A DNA stretch of 64,000 bases from NCBI GenBank assembly GCA_043228905.1, contig JBHGNT010000001.1:2604001-2668000 (forward strand). The letters run 5' to 3'. This stretch comes from Azolla caroliniana. Taxonomy: Eukaryota; Plantae; Polypodiophyta. A program made the position numbers and the translations under genes. Shown here in pieces: positions 37,601 through 49,954 of the stretch (its first letter is position 1; the number at the start of each line of letters is the position of its first letter). The notes below the pieces were generated by a model. The model saw only the letters and a list, made by a program, of their open reading frames with translations. It was not told the origin of the DNA and ran no database searches.

Positions 37601-38697
37601 TTGGCATACATATCCATCACTGCATTGCTTAAAATCATATCATTTTCCATCAATTTCTCCTTCACAATCTGAGCATGTATCTCTTGCCCCTTACCAGAGT
37701 CTCCTGTACTACCACAAGCTTTCAAAACACAGACAAAGGTAATCTGATTTGGAGGGACACTCATAAGCTGCATTTGCTCAAAATAATCAAGAGCTTCCTT
37801 GTCATGTCCATGCTTCACATATCCTCCAATCATCACATTCCAAGAAACTGTGTTTCGAATTTTAACCATATCAAACACTTCCTTTGCTTTTGCGAGTGCA
37901 TCACATTTGACATACATATCCATTAACGCATTCCCAACTACCACATTTTTCTCCATAGTTCTATTTTTTTGGGAGTGGGCGTGTATTTCTTGACCTTTGT
38001 TCAAGTACCCCATGGTTCCACAAGCTTTCAATACAAAAGCAAAAGTATATGCATCCGGAGAGATTCCATCAACCTCCATCCGGTCATAGCATTTCAATGC
38101 TTCAAGCGCAAAGTCATACCTAATGTATCCTGCAATCAGTACATTCCAAGTTACCACATCTCGGACTGGCAACTTGTCAAATACATCTTGTGCATCTAAA
38201 ACAAGACCACACTTCACATACATATCTACCAATGCATTACCAACTACATTGTTCCTTTCCAACAACCCATATTTAGCAATCCCTAGGTGAAATTCTTGAC
38301 CATTTATGGCATCTTTAATGATTCCACATGCCTTTAATATACCAACATAAGTAAACCCATCAGGAGAGACACCGCATAATTGCATCCGGCCAAAACAATT
38401 CAATGCCTCTTGGCCATATCCTTGATGAGCATATCCTGATATTAGAGAATTCCAAGAAATTACATCTCTATCCTTTAGTTCATCAAATACTTCTTGCGCT
38501 TTTCCAATTGCACCACATTTAGCATACATGTTAATCAATGCGTTTCCGATAGATATACTTTTTGCAAGCAAATTCCCTCCACTAATAATAAGATCACCAT
38601 GTATTCTGTTTCCTTCATACAAATCCTTCTTCTGTGTGCAAGTTTTGAGTAATCTGATGATGGTATCTGATCTCATCAATGATTTCTGGGAAAACAT
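34630..38697 (-). CDS. Giant PLS-class PPR protein, ~38 motifs plus E1 and truncated E2, no DYW (1355 aa)
   Basis: Intronless ORF with 12 S1 motifs of the GNALVDMYAKCG type, P2-L2-S2 and E1 LVWNTMLGAC, ending ATYVCMSNIYAAQSSTI*. TAA lies immediately before the ATG. Confidence 0.93.
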   Translation of the reverse strand: MFSQKSLMRSDTIIRLLKTCTQKKDLYEGNRIHGDLIISGGNLLAKSISIGNALINMYAKCGAIGKAQEVFDELKDRDVISWNSLISGYAHQGYGQEALNCFGRMQLCGVSPDGFTYVGILKACGIIKDAINGQEFHLGIAKYGLLERNNVVGNALVDMYVKCGLVLDAQDVFDKLPVRDVVTWNVLIAGYIRYDFALEALKCYDRMEVDGISPDAYTFAFVLKACGTMGYLNKGQEIHAHSQKNRTMEKNVVVGNALMDMYVKCDALAKAKEVFDMVKIRNTVSWNVMIGGYVKHGHDKEALDYFEQMQLMSVPPNQITFVCVLKACGSTGDSGKGQEIHAQIVKEKLMENDMILSNAVMDMYAKCGLLGKARNVFDQLSLRNTSTWNVLISGYFKHGYIEEALNLLDQMHSEGFSPNDITFLFLLKVCGTRTAIDKGQELHAMIVREGWIEKHNNVGSALIHMYMNCGSLLEAQEVFDKLQVRDVVSWTALIAGYAEHMHVNEALHYSEQLQCLNISLDSINFACLLKTYGSIGATDKGQELHSKLVKEGLLESSIVAHTALIDMYGNCGMLMEAQMLFDKLPVRDLVLWNLLISGYIQKEDGEEALNCFEQMQSSGVFPDVMTFIYILKACGKIGALDKGHEVHCEFLKQGFVERYPVLGTVLVDMYAKCGSIEKAEEVFHDLPVWDVIAWNAFISGFSRHGLDKAVLNCFELMQLFGNTPDVATFVCILKVCCNTGNSNKGQGIHAEIIKQGLLEKSDDVADALLEMYAKCDMFEEAKEVFETMQNPRTTSWNVLIAGYSQHGHNKEIQKCFEQMQLSGFSPDAFTYISILKTYSSVTGITEKNQEIHAQIVKLGFLEACNVLGNVLVDMYAKYGLLGEARKVFEILLVQDVISWNALISGYIQHGKNQEAINCFYWMQAGSYLPDAFTFACILKACGSIGVVGKRKALHAQTIADHLLGKDLVIGNALVDMYAKCGALVEAQLVFNKLETRDTISWNILISGYCVHGNNEEALTHFEHMEMDKISPNVPTFLTVLKACGNLGEAYKGQTIHVRVVMEGFLEGNDILSSALVDMYVKCGMLCEAKDIVNKLQIWDIVMWNSLIAGYIQCKLTERAFYCFEQIYLEGHSPNVVTFICILKACSNEGVVEIGKDVHAKIIYSHLENENLITKALIDMYSKCGMIAEAQGLFHTFSSRDLVTWHILIAGYSQLGKDEIVFMLFHQMINHGEEPNLATLAILLTTCIHTGLLEESQLCLYVLRRVYDIIPSLEHFTCMIDLFSRTGCLDKAVKLIKVMPFSPNLLVWNTMLGACWKLGDLQLGRLVFEYTLQFHEDDGATYVCMSNIYAAQSSTI

Positions 38698-39102
38698 TTA
38701 AAACATTTCTTCTTATAACAATGGACAAAAGTTCCATTTTTTTCATAATGTGTTATTACTTTCTCCTTCAAATCACTGATCATATTCAACCAACAGAATT
38801 TAAAGTGGACTCTCTCTCTCTCTCTCCGTAACTGTTCTGAATTCAGTGATTCTCCAAAAATGGCCTTCATAGATTGGTATTACTCGCCAATAAATTGAAC
38901 ACAGCATTAATGTGAAGTAACAATGACATGAACTATGCATACGGTATCTGTATCTTTGAACCAAGTGAATACGCAAAGCTTAAAGAAACTATTGCCCATT
39001 CGAAGTAAATCCAACCCAAGTTGCTAAGTTCTCTTCAATTAAGAGCAGTGCAGTCGGTTGCATGTATAGCTGGTTACTGATATAAGTAGATTGTTTGTGT
39101 CT

Positions 39103-39104
<2 letters not shown>

Positions 39105-39140
<36 letters not shown>
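39105..39140. repeat. (GA)n microsatellite, (CT)n on the PPR sense strand
   Basis: Seen directly. Confidence 0.95.
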
Positions 39141-39145
<5 letters not shown>

Positions 39146-39339
39146 GTTAGAACATTGTGTTTCGAACCCAAGACATAGTGCTGGTGGTGTTAGTTGTTAA
39201 CACTAGGGTAAGAAACGAGAGCAATTATACATAAAAACAGGAAAAAGTATAGTCAATACAAAGTTCAATATAAAGCTATGAATAACAATAACACTAAATC
39301 AACTAAGAATCAATGATAAGTTATAACCTGCATTAGGGA

Positions 39340-39900
39340 CTAGATACAACATTCTATGTGTGTACGTGACATAGAAGTTTCAACCAATGTATCTATCACA
39401 ATGATGGGAGAGTGAGTGGGATATCTAAACCAATGCAATGCATCTCTCATCCATTTTTGACAAAGGATGGACATCCACGCACACATGCCCCAACAAAGTG
39501 TGTGTTCACATACAAAGTGTATGATTAAACTTGACATCTCAACATGCCCCTTCAAGATCAACTTTGTCGTATTGTTAAACGGGTGATAGGATTGGGTTCC
39601 TTTCACATAATAGAGTAGTTAGCAGACTATATATCAATTATGGTCTAGTGTAAGATTATGAATAGGCTCCTAATTAATACTTATTGTGATTTGTGTGGAT
39701 CTAGCCTTATGTAAACACCAACCTCTTTTCCATCAATTTGTACACATACCCACCCCTTCGCATAGTATCTATTGAAAATACTTTGGTCAACCATGATCAA
39801 TTCTAAGAGGGTTTTCACACTCATACATGTATGCTTGCCACGGCATAAAAGAAATAAGGCAACCCATGAACCATGCCACGACACCCCCTCCTACTACCAA
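39340..39900 (-). mobile_element. Degraded Ty1/copia RT-RNase H relic
   Basis: Minus-strand YVKGTQSY...KLILKGHVE resembles the copia RT/RNase H junction YLKGT.DYGL...L.GY.D. ALHWFRYPTHSPIIV...RTHIEC resembles LxELG.PQ.SP...RTKHIE. Confidence 0.5.
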
Positions 39901-40883
39901 GCAAGATCCACAATATAAAGGTGATCAATCTTTCAACATTTTAAAACAAGAAACAATGTGCTAAATCAGAACGTGAGAGCATTGTCTTTTTTTCCTACAT
40001 CTCAAAGCTAATTGTTTGGTTTTGCTGGTAAATAGATGAACTTCCAGGAGTATCTTGGTACTTTTCCCATTTTAAAACTCTTTGAACTCTTCATAATTCT
40101 AGTTTGAGATCATCAACACTACAAATTTTCTACTAAAGAATGGACTTACATTATAGAGCATATTTTAAGTCAACAACAATATTGGATGGGATCAACATGG
40201 CATTGTAATTAAGCAAAGGATGAAGGGCAAAGCATTGAAATACAATATTTGGATATCTACTAGAATTCCATGACACTAAAGTTGATGAATCCTCATTTGA
40301 AGGCTTCATGGGACAAAAAGGAGTCTGAAAAAGTATACGGAATTGCCCATAAGTTTTAGAAAAAATACCATGATAGCGCTCACTTTTCATAGATACCAAA
40401 AGATCCCCCAAGTGGAAGACCAGCCGTCACGCTCGGTTTTAATTTCATACAAGAAGATTTGTTTCCTTGTGTAAACCTTGAAAACCTTGGGGGGGGTGTG
40501 TTTCGGTAAACACTCTAAAAGTCAGAGTGTTTTTCTATTCAAAATTAGGTTGACCTGGGTTCAAATTCCAAGCACAACCAACACTCCCCTCCCCCCAATG
40601 ACCTTTGGCAGTTACAACAATGGATGGAAACCAGAAAGAGAGAATGCATTGGAGTGGGTTGCATACTCACAAAAACAGAGCGAAGATGATGCCTGGATGG
40701 GTATGGCTTTGGCTCACTACACCAGAACAGACCAATTATTGAAGTATAAGAGGTGAACAAAGAGTAATAATAATGATAATGTTGTCAAAGAAAGCTAAGG
40801 ATTAGAGAAAAGAGCGAAAAGAAATCCTTTAATGGACGCAAGTTGGAAAACGAATGAAGAAGACCCATTCATGGTAGAAATCA

Positions 40884-43800
40884 ATGGAAAAGGTTGTCAT
40901 GAATTCAAACAGCACAACAAGTGGCTCAAATGCTGCCATTATTTCTTTACTAAAAACTTGTGCTAAGAATAAAGATCTGAATGAAGGTATCAAGTTACAT
41001 GGTGATATAATAAGGAAGGGCCTTCTTTTGAAAGATCATTTTGTTGGAAATACCTTAGTAAATATGTATGCCAAATGCGGTGAACTTGCAAAAGCACAAG
41101 AAGTATTCAATGAACTTCCCATTCAAGACATTGTCTCATGGAATGTATTAATATCAGGATATGCCCACTATGGACACAGCCAAGAAGCATTGAATTGTTT
41201 TGAACAAATGAAACTCAAAAGAGGTTTATCTCCCAATTCAGTCACATTTGTTTGTGCTTTAAAAGCTTGTGGAAATATCGGTGATTGTGTACTAGGCCAA
41301 GAAATACATGTTGATATTATTAAAAGAAAATTGCTTACCAATGAACTTGTTGGAAATGCATTGGTCAATATGTATGCTGGATGTGGTCTTCTTGGGAAAT
41401 CACGAGAAGTATTTGATGAGCTTTCAGTTCATAATGTGGTTTCATGGAATGCATTGATAACAGCTTATTCTAATAATCAATGTGAAGAAGATGCATTGCA
41501 TTGTTTTGAACAAATGCAACTTTGTGGTTTATCACCGGATGGAGTCACTTTTCTTTGCATATTAAAAGCATGTGGGAATGTAGGATCTTCGAGTAAGGGC
41601 CAAGAAATACATGCTCAGATTGTTGGAGGTGGATTTCTTGGAAAAGATATCACTATTGGTAATGCATTGGTGGATATGTATGCTAGGTCTGGAACTCTCA
41701 CAAAAGCACAAGAAGTGTTCAATGAGCTTCCAACTCAAAATGTCATTGCATGGAATGCATTAATTGCTGGGTATTCCAATCATGGTAATGATGAGAATGC
41801 ATGGCATTGCTTTCAACAAATGAGACTCCATGGCCTTCTCCCTGATATAGTCACCTTTTCTTGTGTATTAAAAGCATGTGCTAGTGCAAAAGCCTCAGGT
41901 AAGGGTCAAGAAATTCATGCCCAGATTGTCAGGAATGTGTCCCTTCATAAAGATGTCATTGTTGGAAATGCTTTGCTTGATATGTATGCTAAATCTGGAA
42001 TGCTTTCAAAAGCACGAGATTTATTCAATGAGCTTAAATTTCGTGATGTAGTTACTTGGAATGTGTTAATTGGAGGATATGTTCAACATGGACATGGTGA
42101 GGAAGCGATGAACTGTTTTGAAAAGATGCAACAGGGCTATATCTCGCCGAATTGGATCACCTTTCTTTACTTGTTGAAAGCATGTTATATCACAAGAGCA
42201 ATGAATAAAGGTCATGATATACTATCTAGGATCCTTGGAGACGGCTTTTTAGAATATAACAATATCATTGGCTCTACAGTTGTATGCATGTATGCAAAAT
42301 CTGGTATGCTTGGCAAAGCACAAGAAGTTTTTGACACACTTCCATCTCAGGACATCATATCATGGACTGCTTTGATTGTAGGATATGCTGAAAATGCACA
42401 GGGTGAGGAAGCAGTGAATAGCTTTGAATATATGAAACTTCAGGGTATTTTTCCTGACCCAATTTCTCTTATTTGTATCCTTAAAGCATGTGGCAGCATA
42501 GGTGCAACTGAAAAGGGCCAAAGTATACACACAGAGATTGTGAGAAGAGGATTGTTGGAAAATGACAATACAATCGGAAATGCTCTAGTTGGAATGTATG
42601 CTGTTTTGGGGATGCTTGGAGAAGCACAAGGAATGTTTGATAAGTTGCAAGTTAAGGAAGTAGTTTCATGGAATGAGCTAATTGAAGGATATATTGGATA
42701 TGGATATGATTGTGTAGCATTATACGCTTTTGGGCAGATGCAACTTGAGTGTATTTTACCTGATGGAGGAACTCTTTTTTCTATCTTCAAATCATGTACC
42801 AGTTTAGGTGCTTTCAAAGAAGGTCAATCATTACATGCTCAGATTGTAAACGAAGTGTCCTTGGAAACTGACATTAAAATTGGTACTGCACTTGTAGATA
42901 TGTATGGTAAATTTGGTGCATTAGTAAAAGCACAAGAAGTGTTTGATGGACTAGAGACTAAAAATGTAGTTTCATGGAATGCACTTATTGCTGGGTATTC
43001 CCAACATGAACTTGGGGATAAAGCATTAGATTGTTTTGAAAAAATGAAATTGTGTGACTCAACTCCAGATGAAATTACCTTCCATTCTATCTTAAAAGCA
43101 TGTGGTAGCATAGGAGCATTGGTGAAGGGCCAAGAAATACATGCGGAAGTGGTTAAAAACGGACTCTTGGAGAAAGATATGGCCATTGGCAATACATTAA
43201 TTAGCATGTATGTGAGATGTGGTGCACTTGAAAAAGCACAAGAAGTGTTTGACGGCATTCCCATTTGGAATGTGACCTCCTTAAATATTTTGCTGGCAGG
43301 ATATTCTCAAAATGGTCAAGGTGAGGAAGCACTGAAATTATTTGAAAGTTTGCGATATAAAGAAACTTCTCCAAATGTAGTCACCTTTGTATGCATCTTG
43401 AAAGCTTGTGGTAGCATAGGAGAAATTAATAAAGTCCAAGAATTACATACTAGAATAATCAAATGCGGAGTCCTAGAGCATAATGATATGATTGGTAGTG
43501 TGTTAGTGGATATGTACGCAAAATGTAGCTTGTTTGCTGAAGCTGAACAAGTGTTTGGCAATCTTCAACATCAAGATGTAATCTCATGGACTGCCTTAAT
43601 TGCCGGATATGCTGAACATTCACACAATGAAGAAGCATTAAACTGTTTTCTAAACATGCAACAACAAGGCATTTCTCCGGATCCAGTTACTTTTGTTTGC
43701 ATCCTGAAAGTGTGTGGAAGCCTGCAAGTAGCTGAAAAAGGTCAAGAAATACATGCCGATATCATTAGGAAAGGGTGGTTGGAAATGCATACTATTCTTG

Positions 43801-45569
43801 GTAACCCTTTAATAGATATGTATGCCAATTGTCTCATGCTTGAAGATGCTGAGCAAGTGTTCAAAACTTTAGCAGTTCATGACATTGTCTGTTGGAATAT
43901 TGTCATTGCAGGATTTGTCCAACATGGTTGTGAAGAGGAAGCATTTAATTCTCTTGAGAGACTGCAATATGAGAGTTTATCGCCTGATGGAACCACTTTT
44001 GTTTCTTTATTGAAAGCATGTGGCAGTGTACAAGCCTTGGACAAGGGTCACGACATGCATGCTCATGTTCTTAAACATGGCTTTCAGAAAAGTGATATGG
44101 TTGTTCGAAATGCAATTATAGATATGTATGTAAAATGTGGTGCACTTACTGAAGCACAAAAGGCTTTCGACATGCTACCAAACTTGACTACAGTTTCATG
44201 GAATGTGCTCATTGCAGGATATACACAACATGATTACCATGAAGAAGCTGAGAATAATTTTTATTTGATGCGATTGCGTGGTTTCTCACCAGATGAGGTC
44301 ACATTTGTTTGCATGTTGAAAGCATTTGGCTGCATAAAAGTAGCTTCAAAGGGTCAAAAGCTACATACAGATATTGTCACACTTGGATCCCTTGAAAGAA
44401 ATGATGTTGTTAGAAAGGCATTGATTGGTATGTATGTGAAATGGGGCATGCTTCAAGAAGCATATGCAATATTTCAAAATTTGCTAGTAAAGGATGTTGT
44501 TTCTTGCAATGCGTTGATCTCAGGATATGTAGAACAACGGTATTGTCGGGAAGCGTTTGAATGTTTTAGATGGATGCAAAAGTCAGGTATCGCTCCAGAT
44601 TCAGTGACCTTCATTTGCACTTTGAAATCTTGTGCCATGTTAGGATTTTTCGAAAAAGGTCTGGAAATACATGCTCAAATAATGAAATTTGGCTTGTTGG
44701 AAAAAGATATACTTATCGGAAATGCTATGGTAGATATGTATGTGAAATGTGGCATGCTTTCTGAGGCACAAAAAGTCTTTAATAAACTTTTGGTGAGAGA
44801 TGAAGTCTCATGGAATGTGTTAATCTTGGGATACGCCCAACATGGACTCAGTGAAGAAGCTCTAGATTGCTTGAAATCGATGCAATTTTGGGGGTTTTCA
44901 CCAGATCAAATCACTTGTGTCGCTGCATTGGGAGCATGTAGTGCTATAGTAGCCATTATTGAAGGCCAAAAGATACACGCTGAGATTGTCAAAAAAGGTT
45001 TTCTAGAAACAGATAATATTGTTGGCAATGCCTTAGTAGATATGTATGCTGATTGCTGTATGGTTTCCGAAGCACATAAAGTGTTTAAAGAATTGCTAGT
45101 TCAAGACGTCATCTCATGGAATGCACTTATTGCAGGATATGCACAGCTTGGAAGCAATGAACTTGTATTTCATTTATTTCATAAAATGCTACAAGAAGGT
45201 AATGATCCAGATTCTGTAACATTTACGATTTTGCTTAACACATGTAGTCATGCAGGTATGGTAGGAAGGAGTGAGATATGTTTTCAAACCATGAAGAGTG
45301 TGTATGGAATCTCTCCAACACCAGAACATTATGCATGCATGGTGGATCTTTTTGGGCGTAGTGGTCAGTTAGAGATGGCAGTGTTACTGGTCAATAACCT
45401 TCCTTTTTCTGAACACCTCATAGTATGGAATACACTGTTGGGTGCTTGTAAAAAAGAGGGGGATGTGGAGCTTGCAAGATCAGCCTTCGAACATGTTATA
45501 CAATTGGATGATATGGACTCTGCTGCTTACATCTGTATATGGAACATATATGCCAATATTACTAAGTGA
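40884..45569 (+). CDS. Giant PLS-class PPR protein, ~44 motifs plus E1 and truncated E2, no DYW (1561 aa)
   Basis: Intronless ORF with 14 L1, 14 S1 and 13 P1 motifs, P2-L2-S2 and E1 IVWNTLLGAC, ending AAYICIWNIYANITK*. In-frame TAG at 40875-40877. Confidence 0.93.
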   Translation: MEKVVMNSNSTTSGSNAAIISLLKTCAKNKDLNEGIKLHGDIIRKGLLLKDHFVGNTLVNMYAKCGELAKAQEVFNELPIQDIVSWNVLISGYAHYGHSQEALNCFEQMKLKRGLSPNSVTFVCALKACGNIGDCVLGQEIHVDIIKRKLLTNELVGNALVNMYAGCGLLGKSREVFDELSVHNVVSWNALITAYSNNQCEEDALHCFEQMQLCGLSPDGVTFLCILKACGNVGSSSKGQEIHAQIVGGGFLGKDITIGNALVDMYARSGTLTKAQEVFNELPTQNVIAWNALIAGYSNHGNDENAWHCFQQMRLHGLLPDIVTFSCVLKACASAKASGKGQEIHAQIVRNVSLHKDVIVGNALLDMYAKSGMLSKARDLFNELKFRDVVTWNVLIGGYVQHGHGEEAMNCFEKMQQGYISPNWITFLYLLKACYITRAMNKGHDILSRILGDGFLEYNNIIGSTVVCMYAKSGMLGKAQEVFDTLPSQDIISWTALIVGYAENAQGEEAVNSFEYMKLQGIFPDPISLICILKACGSIGATEKGQSIHTEIVRRGLLENDNTIGNALVGMYAVLGMLGEAQGMFDKLQVKEVVSWNELIEGYIGYGYDCVALYAFGQMQLECILPDGGTLFSIFKSCTSLGAFKEGQSLHAQIVNEVSLETDIKIGTALVDMYGKFGALVKAQEVFDGLETKNVVSWNALIAGYSQHELGDKALDCFEKMKLCDSTPDEITFHSILKACGSIGALVKGQEIHAEVVKNGLLEKDMAIGNTLISMYVRCGALEKAQEVFDGIPIWNVTSLNILLAGYSQNGQGEEALKLFESLRYKETSPNVVTFVCILKACGSIGEINKVQELHTRIIKCGVLEHNDMIGSVLVDMYAKCSLFAEAEQVFGNLQHQDVISWTALIAGYAEHSHNEEALNCFLNMQQQGISPDPVTFVCILKVCGSLQVAEKGQEIHADIIRKGWLEMHTILGNPLIDMYANCLMLEDAEQVFKTLAVHDIVCWNIVIAGFVQHGCEEEAFNSLERLQYESLSPDGTTFVSLLKACGSVQALDKGHDMHAHVLKHGFQKSDMVVRNAIIDMYVKCGALTEAQKAFDMLPNLTTVSWNVLIAGYTQHDYHEEAENNFYLMRLRGFSPDEVTFVCMLKAFGCIKVASKGQKLHTDIVTLGSLERNDVVRKALIGMYVKWGMLQEAYAIFQNLLVKDVVSCNALISGYVEQRYCREAFECFRWMQKSGIAPDSVTFICTLKSCAMLGFFEKGLEIHAQIMKFGLLEKDILIGNAMVDMYVKCGMLSEAQKVFNKLLVRDEVSWNVLILGYAQHGLSEEALDCLKSMQFWGFSPDQITCVAALGACSAIVAIIEGQKIHAEIVKKGFLETDNIVGNALVDMYADCCMVSEAHKVFKELLVQDVISWNALIAGYAQLGSNELVFHLFHKMLQEGNDPDSVTFTILLNTCSHAGMVGRSEICFQTMKSVYGISPTPEHYACMVDLFGRSGQLEMAVLLVNNLPFSEHLIVWNTLLGACKKEGDVELARSAFEHVIQLDDMDSAAYICIWNIYANITK

Positions 45570-46780
45570 AAACAAAAAATATGATTTATGCTATCTTTAT
45601 CCAGGAAGTCCTCACGCCCCATATGAAGCTGGGAACAATTCTTTATCCTAGTAGATAATTTGATATTGATGAAAAACCAGAAATATAATTTATGCATGCT
45701 CTACCTAGGGATGAGCACCACAGAAACATGGGACAATTTGATAATTGTGTTGTCTTGGGTATGTTCAAGTTCCAATCCTGAGACTACGGATGTTAATCAA
45801 CTCATAGAATGCAAGAAATCATGGGCTACACAATCAAGGCTCAGTCTGGCACTATACATGATTAGAGGTGGCAATGCCATCTAGATAACTGTTCCACAAC
45901 AGTTCTTCCCAAGAACCTGGTTACAAAGGAAGCTTCCAATGAGCTTCACAAAAGTAATGCTGTAATCCTTTCCATGAATTATCTTCCCATAGCATAAGAT
46001 ATAATTTGGCTTTACATGTATGAAAAGATATACACAGCACATGAGATCACTCCTAAATTCCCCATTTACCACGAACCTATGACTTTCCATTTCACCAAGG
46101 CAGCCAAATTTGACTTATGAATTTCTTGAGACACACAAACAAATGATACGAATTCTTATTGTGAATGACAATGCTGATGGCAACCTCAGAAAGTGAAACT
46201 GTTATCTACGCTTGAAGGTTAATAAGTAGTTCAATACCTCAGAAGCTTCTCAAAAGACTCACAACGTTACACTAGTCAAATTTAACACTAAAATCAAAAG
46301 ACCATATTCAGTTTTACACAACGATCCTTCCTAATATGTATCAATTTACATAAAAATCCCAGCAAGTAGTCAAATACTTAAATCCTTTACATTACATGCA
46401 AATAAGAATTTAATTTATAGCCCTAGAATTGTACTAAAAAACCTACAATTAATATGAAATGCAGATGAACATATTCGAATTGACAGAATTTAGAAGAGGA
46501 AAATATATTTAGCTTCTTGCAAATATGCGTTCATACAAAAGACATGAACTTGCACTTACAGTAAAATTACCAACACTAAAAACTCAACAAATGTATTTAA
46601 TTTGCAACAAATGTTTTGGCTCTTTGCAAATAAGAATTCATACACAAACCCCAAGTACAAAATCTCTGATTTGACACTAAGTCAATTACTAAAACCCAAA
46701 ACCACCAAAGGCATCCTATTCTTTCCACAAAATCCGGCAAAATGTACTCTAACTGCTAGATCTGTATGTTAATCTTCCAA

Positions 46781-48295
<1,515 letters not shown>

Positions 48296-48340
48296 AGCTG
48301 GGAGCTCGGAGAATGAGAATGGACGGCTTTCGCTGGTAAT

Positions 48341-48347
48341 AAACCCT
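48341..48347. promoter_or_regulatory. Telo-box-like core (AAACCCT) just upstream of the RPL18A ATG
   Basis: Motif seen 46 bp from the start codon. Telo-boxes are common in plant ribosomal-protein genes, but this is an imperfect match. Confidence 0.3.
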
Positions 48348-49954
48348 CTGGCTGCGAGCCCTAGATCTGACGGTCCATATCAACAGCATCCGATGGCTCA
48401 AAACGATATATGTGCCTTATGCTTCATCATATTCCTTGTTATGAGAAAATGGACCTCTTTTTTAAGTGTATTTGCGAAATTAGCCCCAACCCAACCACAA
48501 CACATTGTTTTTCCCCGGCCATTGCCAAGAGCCAAACGATAGCCATCACGTTGCTCCTTGCCACCGTTCCTTCTCACAACCATACATCTTCGTTTTCTTG
48601 TAATTTATTTGTTCATTCGCACCACATGGAACTTTGATCACGATTTGTATGGGAGATTTAGACTACGATTCCCACTTGTTCCTATATGTTTTGGCTTGTG
48701 CATATTCTGTTCATAAAGTTTCATTGTTGAAGTAACACGAAGTGACCAAACTTTCATGACATACTAAAGTCTCAGTTATGCCACTTCACTACGTGGACGA
48801 TGTGAGGCTCTTCTTGAGAGATATCATCATTGTTCGACACTAAAACCGTATTGTTGAATATATTCGTGAAAGTAGGGACTAGCGATAGGAATTTGACACG
48901 CAACTTACAACTTCAACTTAATATATTACTATATTAAACCATACTATATTGCTCTAAGTCCATTTAATATAGTGCCTCACACCACTCTTTGACACCTAGT
49001 CCACATTGTTGAGTACAATTCATGAAGAGTGTGGCCGGTTTGTGAAACCAAGGACTCGCGATTGGATTTTGACATGCAACTATCACCTCTTTGACAAGAT
49101 AACAACGCATATTCTCCTAGTAGAGATCACAACAATATATTTTGCACCATATACTCATTGTAGAATATCATAATGGGAAATAACTCAAGGAAAATCTTAG
49201 CTCATGTACACCATCATACCCTTTTATTTACTTGGACAATATCAATCAACACCAATTTTGCCCAAAGATCATGGTTTACGTTTCATGTTGAAGCATCACG
49301 GCTAGCCGCTCCCAGATTGTTTGATTTATGCTTCTTGCCACATAGTTCCAAACTAGCACCTAAAAAAATCTTCGAGTGTATCACCCTCCATTATTCAATT
49401 GTAGTGGTTTTAACGTACTCCTTTCTTCCTATCTACAATTGAAGTCACCTCATGAAATTTGGGCATGCTTGCTCTTCAAGGGTCAAACCCACACTTTCCT
49501 ATTTGCATCATCAATGAGGATAACAAAACATAGTGCTTTCCATACACATTTGAATCTACTAGGTCGTGCAAATTGGTGGCAAATTATACATGCATGTTGT
49601 GGGTATTCTTGCTTTCCTTCCCATATACACAATGATCACAAAATTAGACGTCAAAAAAAGACAAGGAAGGCAAATAACCAAAACTAGATTACAATATCAC
49701 TTCACACGGACTAGAGAATCATGCCATATCGCAATAATTGAATGATTTGTTAAAATAACAAGTCTTTTTGGGAACTATAATATTTCCCTTAAGAAATTTG
49801 AAGGACTACTCTACAAATACTAGCTTGTGCCTAACCTCTAATCACCTTACTAACATCAAGCACTTTATAAGTTCAAGGACATGGCAAACTTCTTCCAACA
49901 CTCTGGACTTCCCGTTTGCCAACTACAATATGGCAAATCTAATGCGACCGTTGT

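Noticed and set aside
31466-43561. Many 60-160 aa ORFs antisense to PPR genes
   Set aside because: Reverse-complement shadows of repetitive PPR codons.
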